NCBI RefSeq assembly: GCF_006345805.1
Contig: NC_043003.1
Location: forward strand, 85,126,001 to 85,190,000
DNA: 64,000 bases
DNA from: Octopus sinensis
Lineage: Eukaryota
Direction of reading: 5' to 3'
Part shown: piece after piece, positions 57,447 to 64,000 of the stretch
Layout of the letters: each line of letters begins with the position of its first letter
Numbering within the stretch: position 1 is the stretch's first letter
Position numbers and translations under genes: made by a program
The notes under the pieces: model-generated
What the model saw: only the letters and a program-made list of their open reading frames with translations
Told to the model about the DNA's origin: nothing
Databases searched by the model: none

Positions 57447-57823
57447 GGATGGATGGAAGCACTCTGTCGGTTACGACGACGAGGGTTCCGGTTGATCCGA
57501 TCAACGGAACAGCCTACTCGTGAAATTAACGTGTAAGTGGCTGAGCACTCCACAGACACGTGTACCCTTAACGCAGTTCTCGGGGATATTCAGCATGACA
57601 CAGAGAGTGACAAGGCCGGCCCTTTGAAATACAAGCACAACAGAAACAGGAAGTAAGAGTGAGAGGAAGTTGTGGTGAAAGAGTACAGCAGGGATCACCA
57701 CCATCCCCTGCCGGAGCCTCGTGGAGCTTTAGGTGTTTTCGCTCAATAAACACTCACAACGCCCGGTCTGGGAATCGAAACCGCGAGTCCGCTGCCCAAA
57801 CCACTGGGCCATTGCGCCTCCAC
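57447..57823 (-). mobile_element. tRNA-derived SINE family A with 14-bp TSD and (TCCA)n tail
   Basis: TSD GCATTTCCTGTAAT at 57433-57446 and 57824-57837. Confidence 0.92.
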
Positions 57824-58229
57824 GCATTTCCTGTAATAGATATGTTAAAATTAAAGAAGAGGGATGACCAATTAAGTATCTGCACAGAACAGCTAAAACC
57901 TGTTCTACTCATAAATTCAAAACTAACTTTGGAAAAAAGCTCCTGTCCACTTCTAGACACTCTGTTAGCCAGTATTCACAGGAGTACTGAGTATGAAGCT
58001 TGGATTTATAAAAGAGGGTGTTTCTCAATATATATGTGTGTGTGTGCATGTTTGTATTTATGGAAGTATGTAGTGTGCGGTGTCTTAATGCTCGGAATAC
58101 ATACACATATAGACAGGCACATACATCAAAATATACAGTATTTTGATACTCATTTCAGTTGAGCTTACCAATTGATTTCGCCCTGGGTAAAAGATAACCG
58201 GATATTAGATAATGGCGTGGCTGACTGAG

Positions 58230-58895
58230 ATGGTAGATATGGAAAATGTATGAAAGTTAAAAATTCCACACCTGATCTGTGCGTGCTGTGGGAAAAAAAA
58301 AAAACGAAAGGAAATCGTGGGGGTTTATCAAAAGTTATATCCCATGGATCTAAGATGTTTGAAATGACTGCAAAGTAACAGGAGTCTGGTGGATGAAAAT
58401 ACATGCAGGAGGTTAAGAGTTTGGTACATAGGAAGAGATATGAGGGTTAGGTAAGTGCCCGAACCTTTAAGTTCATGTTTGGGTGCATATGCATGTGTTC
58501 ATTTGAGTTTTGGCTAAAGTTTTTGCTGGGTTGTCAGGATATGACGGTGGAAAGACTGAAGCTTGCAGAACCTTGTGATTTTAGGCGAGGACTCTTAAGT
58601 AGGCAAGGGCTGAAAGTTTCGTACCCGCAGTTTACGTTGTTGTGTGGGTGTTAAAACTTTTTAATAAGATTTTTCTTCTGAGATAAGCATAATCTGCATT
58701 TTCTGCTGCTATTAAAATAAGCCTTACACTTCTCTAAGATTTTCTACTTGTTGTACTCCGTAGCGTTTTCCTTTAACAACCATACATGACTAGCCAGGGT
58801 TGTGACATTGCAGTCTCTTCTGGATATTGAATGAGGACTTATGGTTGTTGAACCTAGTACTGAAAGGACCTTCTGACGTGCTATTAATAATAATG
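58230..58895 (-). mobile_element. Decayed Penelope-like fragments (GIY-YIG and pre-endonuclease motifs)
   Basis: TSEGPFSTRFNNHKSSF..TTLASHVW..WKILEKCKAY..KCRLCL; also a degenerate FNPP...EFL..HFP block. Confidence 0.7.
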
Positions 58896-59039
58896 ACTTT
58901 CGTTTTAACCTCTAAGAATCTGCGCAAAGGGCACTGCGGGACGATACAATATAATACGATGTAAAGGTTACATGAAGGCGTGTAATGAGTAAAGCAACAA
59001 AAACAAAAAACAAATTTCTCCAATAGGGGAGACTTTCAA

Positions 59040-60500
59040 GGGCTGCTCGTAGGCATCCCACAAAATTACGGCCACCCTGACCACTAGGGCAAATGTCCTC
59101 CTCATTCTCTTCTCTCAATCTATAGGTGCATATTTAGAGTAAGCCCGTTCACTCGGACCCTGTTTGCCATATTGACCCATTTTCAACAAATTTGCAAGAA
59201 GACAGCACTTCCTTCTTCACCCTCAGTTTCCTTTTTCAAATGGAACTTGAAAAAGTTGATGAAGGCTTGGTCGAAGAGGCAGGTATCTGTCTTCAGCCCC
59301 TTCAATCTGGTCCATCACACGACCTCTTTCGCTAAAGCGTTTAGCAGTTACGAGCCTAAAATTATCCATTTAGTCCCCTTTGTTCGGATCATTTCGTTGT
59401 AGTGCTACCGCTCCTCGAATTCTCCTGATCTGCTAAGAGGCCTCCAAACGGGTCTGACATATAAAGTAAAGCTCTAGGGCAGATCATCCAAACAGACAAT
59501 TTCACTCCTACTGGGCCTCGTACTTGTTGCCACGTTTCGCTTCCGCTAACTTAACTCTGACATTGCAGCCTTTGTGCTTGAAGAATTAATTGCGATACCT
59601 TTCTTGGGTGTCTCTTCGAAGTTTCAATTTTTCTTTCATTCTATTTCTTTCTATCGCTAAGGCCTTACTAAACCTAATTGATTCTACTTTAATCGCCTTT
59701 TTCAGGGAAACCACCATTTATTGTTGGTAACTGACTCCTCAACAACCGCTTAACTTATTCGCTAATCAAGTTTCTGAAAGTTTCCTGTAACTGAGTTCCT
59801 GCCTACGAAGCTTATCTAGGTTAACTATACAGATCACAAATATGAAGTCTGTGTAGCCGAGGATTTTAAAAAGGACAACCTATGCTATCCTTATCTACAG
59901 GCCTACAAAATACTATATCTAGATACGACAGAGATGACCTGTGTGGTTTGCCCTTATTCACATTGGCACATTCGGGAAATCCTGTTGGTACATGTCAGAC
60001 AATTTGAAACGTCTAAGCAGGTTTGTACCTACCTCTCCCATCAGCTAGTCACACGCAATTCAAACATGGATCCAAGATGGCCCACTAGCACTAAAGAGTG
60101 CGAGGTTCCCAGGCAAGCCTTCAGATGCCTAAAGAAATCCGGCTGTTCCATGCTTGTAGGAACATAAGCATCTTCTAGCTGAAAAACACCACTTTCGCTA
60201 CAGTTCAAATCCAGAGTCATTAACTTACCGTCTGTGCCCAAGATGATCTATATCGTGAGACCCAGACCTTTCCAAAACAATACAGTAGCTCCACCTCTCA
60301 TTCCCGGTCGACATGGAGAAAGTAAATCTCGCAACCATCGAAAATGGGTATGAGAGATTGTAGATCGGAAATCTTGATCTCTGTGATGGCCACCACAGCT
60401 ATATCTAGTGACATAAGGTTATTGAGCAGGTGACCTTGTTTCCAACATAACAACAGGCCATAGGTATTCACACATTCTAAGTATGGTTATGTTTGGCAAG
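59040..60500 (-). mobile_element. Internally deleted Tx1/L1-like LINE (APE endonuclease, linker, C-terminus; no RT seen)
   Basis: DIAVVAITE, DGKLMTLDL..AYVP, SYLDIVFC..GYTD, AIKVESIRFSK, AKEVV*WTRLKG..NFFKFHLK. Confidence 0.7.
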
Positions 60501-61197
60501 AGAAGAAAAGAATGAAAGTAATCACCCAATTTCGTCGGTGGGGCAAGTGTTTCCACGAAAACTTCATTCTCTTCGCATATTTTGTTTGCAGTTTGTAGTA
60601 AATTTGTTATATTGATTTTATAATTTCTATGTGAATAGAAGTGTTATGTATTCAGTTAGATCAATGTTTTGTATTGTAGAATATGTTTTAAGTCCTTGTG
60701 TCTGTTAATGCCCATGTAGTTGATGATGCTTCGGGAGTGTTGTTGCTGGTCTGGATTGGTATGCATTTTTGTTTGTTGTAATGTTGGCGGTATTTATAGT
60801 AAAAGCGATGAGCTGGCAGAAACATTAGCACGCCGAGCGAAATGCGTAACCGTATTTCGTCTGCCGTTGCGTTCTGAGTTCAAATTCCGCCAAGCTCGTG
60901 AATTATTATTGAATTGTATTATTTTAATAATGTTACTTGAACTTTTGTTGTGCCATCTTGTTTACAAGCCAACTAGCATTTTCTGAACCTAGTTGGCTTT
61001 TTGAATTATTCGTTCCGTCGGGTGGGGGAGGTAACTTTGAATTTTTCAATCGAAAAATTACATATAAAAAATATGGTTTCCAAAATCGAGGCCAATATAA
61101 AAATAGTTTCCCACCACTACTTGCTACAATTAACAGAAAATATATATATAACAACAGCAACGACAACAACAAAGAAAAAACATAAATGAAAATATTC

Positions 61198-61707
61198 ATT
61201 AGCAATAGAGGCAATATTAATACCAGGAGGTAATATTTATCCCTACTTAAACGTGGATGTTCCGTTAGAACAACTATACTGCGGTAGATACCACGAGAGA
61301 AACTCTCATGTCGGTTTTTGGTGTAAAAATGAACTTTTGTCTAAATCGCTAGCAGGGAGATAAATCCTTGTCACTTCCGATGCCGAAAGCACCAAATCAC
61401 ATGATTTCGACCTTCCTTGGTCTTGTCAATGATGGACACTCGATTACTAGATATAGCTCATCTTTCTGCCAGCCATATATAGAAAAACAGTGCCAGAACA
61501 GGTGCTGGTGTCGCGATTAGCCAGTGAACTTGTTAAAAAATATATATTAGCGACAGAGGCAGTATTAAAACCAAGAGGTAATATTTATCTCGACTTAAAC
61601 GTGGATGTTCTGTAAGAACAAGCTATACTGCGGTAGATACTATGAGAGAAACTCTCATATTGACTTTTGGTACAAAAATGGACTTTTGTTTATATCACTA
61701 GCGAGGA
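61198..61707. repeat. Two ~160-bp direct repeats (61198-61358, 61546-61707)
   Basis: attagcaatagaggcaatattaa...atcgctagcaggga versus attagcgacagaggcagtattaa...atcactagcgagga. Confidence 0.9.
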
Positions 61708-62263
61708 AAGGAAAAAGAAAGTGAAAGCAACAACACCGCTACACCTCACACCATGACAAAACCCAACAAGAACAGCAGCAGCAATAGTAGTAACAATAGC
61801 AGCTGTAGTAGCAAGCAAGGTAAAAAGAACAATGAAACAATGACGACCTTCACCACTGTCCTCACTGCAAAAAAATAGAAGACCACCGCCACTTCTGCTG
61901 TCTTCATCGCCACAACAGCAATATCAGTATCATTATGTCACGTCACCAAGAACAACAGCAGCAGCCGTTCAAGAATTTGGACCTGGAGATCTCTATTTCC
62001 AGCGACTTCGAGGGCCACCTCCCAGTGGTGTCGGGCGTCAATGAAGAGCCCTCGACTACAACAAGACGACCAAAGTTTTTTTTTTCCAAGGTCTGGGGTC
62101 TCCCGCCCCTAAACCCTAGACCATCACCTAATCACCCTTACCCGCCTTGTTGCTTAACAACAACAACAACAACCAATGGCAGCAGTGCCAAGAATAGAAG
62201 CATCACAAGCAACAGTACCAACACCAGGAGAGATCCACTCAACAACGATAATAATAATAACAA

Positions 62264-62908
62264 TAGGATAGTATGTACACTGGAAAATATGTAAAGAATA
62301 CAAAATCAGCGCTCCTGCTTTCTGGTATGAACATCATCCTGAGCTAGTCGTTGAAGGTAAAAATGTCACTATCCTCTGAGATTTTCCAGTCAACACTGAC
62401 AGAAAAACCCAGGCTAATCGATCAGACATAATTATTAAAGACAGGGAATAAAATACTTGTAGACTAATAGATGTAAGTGTTCCCATTGGTAAAAATATAT
62501 CTGTCAATGAATTTGACAAGCTAAGTAAATATAAGGACCTGGAAATTGAAATACAAAAGATGCGGCATTTTAAAACGAGAAACGTTCCTGTTATTGTAGA
62601 TACCCTACGTATGATAAAAAAAAAAGTGGGGATGTCAGAAATATCTGGATAAGATCCCAGGAGAACCATGTCTCACAGAAATCCAAAAGATTGTAATGAT
62701 AAGTACTGCCAACATCCTTAGAAAAACCCTATCCATTTAAATGTCTGTATTGTATTACATGAAGCTATTTCGCTACTTCCCCTCCTCAAGCTTTCAGTCA
62801 TACTGTAACATCTCTTGTCCTTCACTCACCCCAGGACACTGGGTATGTCTTAGCAAGTGACTGTAACAAACATGCAGATTAAAAGTAAATAATAATAATA
62901 ATAATAAT
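62264..62908 (+). mobile_element. R4/Dong 3' fragment (restriction-like endonuclease), (TAA)n tail
   Basis: HWKICK..WYEHHP..ANRSDIIIKD..LIDVSVP..KLSKYKDLEIEI; flanked by AAT repeats. Confidence 0.88.
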
Positions 62909-63033
62909 CCTTTCTACTAAAGACACAAGGCCTGAAATTTTGTGGGAGGGGACTAATTGATTACATCGACCCCAGTGTTTTACTGGTGCTTAATTTATCG
63001 ACCCCGAAAGGATGAAAGGCAAAGTCGACCCGG

Positions 63034-63079
<46 letters not shown>

Positions 63080-63085
<6 letters not shown>

Positions 63086-63540
63086 AACTGAGCAAATATA
63101 AAGATCTTGAAACAAAAACTGAGCAAATATAACGATCTTGAAATAGAAATGAGCAAAATGTGGAACCTGAAGACTAAAACAATACCCATTGTCATAGGTG
63201 CCCTGGGAATGATAGCTAAAGGGGCTAATTGCTACCTAGCTCAGATACCAGGAAACCCCCAAAATGGCAGAAATTCAAAAGATAGTGCTCATGGGAACTG
63301 CTCAAATCCTACGCAAAATACTTTCTATGTAATCTCAAGTTTTAAAACAAACATAATTTTCTTATGCTTTCTTAAACATTCTCTAGAACAACACTATGTA
63401 CAAAACCAAATATATGGCACCCTAGGCATAACACCAACATGAACTTCCAACTTGTTGTCTCTTGAGGTCTCTGGGTGAGACTTGGAGCCAACTTGTATAA
63501 TGTAAAGCAAAAGTCAAACATAAAATAATAATAATAATGA
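63080..63540 (+). mobile_element. Second, more truncated R4/Dong 3' fragment in an (AAT)n tract
   Basis: KLSKYNDLEIEMSKMWNLKTKTIPIVIGALGMI; (AAT)n on both sides. Confidence 0.88.
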
Positions 63541-64000
63541 TGATGATGATGATGATGATGCCCTGGCAACAGTAACACAGCAGCAGTTGCAGCAATGGTA
63601 GTAACAACAGCAATAATAACGATAGTAATTTTTTTTATTTGCCACAGGGGTGAAAGATGAGGTGGGGGAGAACATTACAAGGACGAACTGCCAAAGAAAA
63701 GAAAAAAGGGTGATGGTTTAGATAGAGTCAAGTATGAGAACGACTATAACAAAAAATGAAGAAATGAAGCATCCCAGTAAAAGGATATCCACCTGGTATC
63801 AAACAGGAAGCCCACGGATCACAGATATTTTATAATGATGAAGCAAGTGCCCTCTCCCAGATATATTCTCACAATAAAAATATTTATTAGTTGTAATGTT
63901 GTCTTCTTCAGAAAAAGAACAAGAGTCAATTCTCATATTCCCTATAATACTTGAACTTTGTGTTGATTTATGAAAGCAATAATGTATAAATATATATTTC

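Overview
AT-rich, microsatellite- and SINE-dense animal genomic DNA. The repeat complement resembles octopus/coleoid cephalopod sequence (inferred from memory of the repeat families, not verified). The main feature is one plus-strand, intron-rich gene that the ORF track largely misses. I assembled 21 exons by hand (3907..50494, 2687 nt, about 895 codons; the 5' end is not in the window), and the splice phases close at all 20 introns, one of which needs a GC donor. The protein is N-terminal ankyrin repeats, a Ser/Pro-rich linker, a GH20 (beta-hexosaminidase) domain 2, a GH20 barrel of the GcnA/HexD-like type and a helical C-terminus. The catalytic Asp-Glu pair and most GlcNAc-binding residues appear to be replaced, which points to an ankyrin-fused pseudo-hexosaminidase. 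Introns and the 3' flank hold at least four SINE families, R4/Dong, RTE, CR1-like, Tx1/L1 and Penelope fragments (with minimal hammerhead-ribozyme motifs), a DD37D maT transposon, hAT and pogo-like MITEs and Helitrons. Other structures include a 400-bp foldback, a decayed exon copy between hAT-like TIRs and a ~61-bp array with a higher-order period. All family assignments come from motif recognition by eye; no searches were run.
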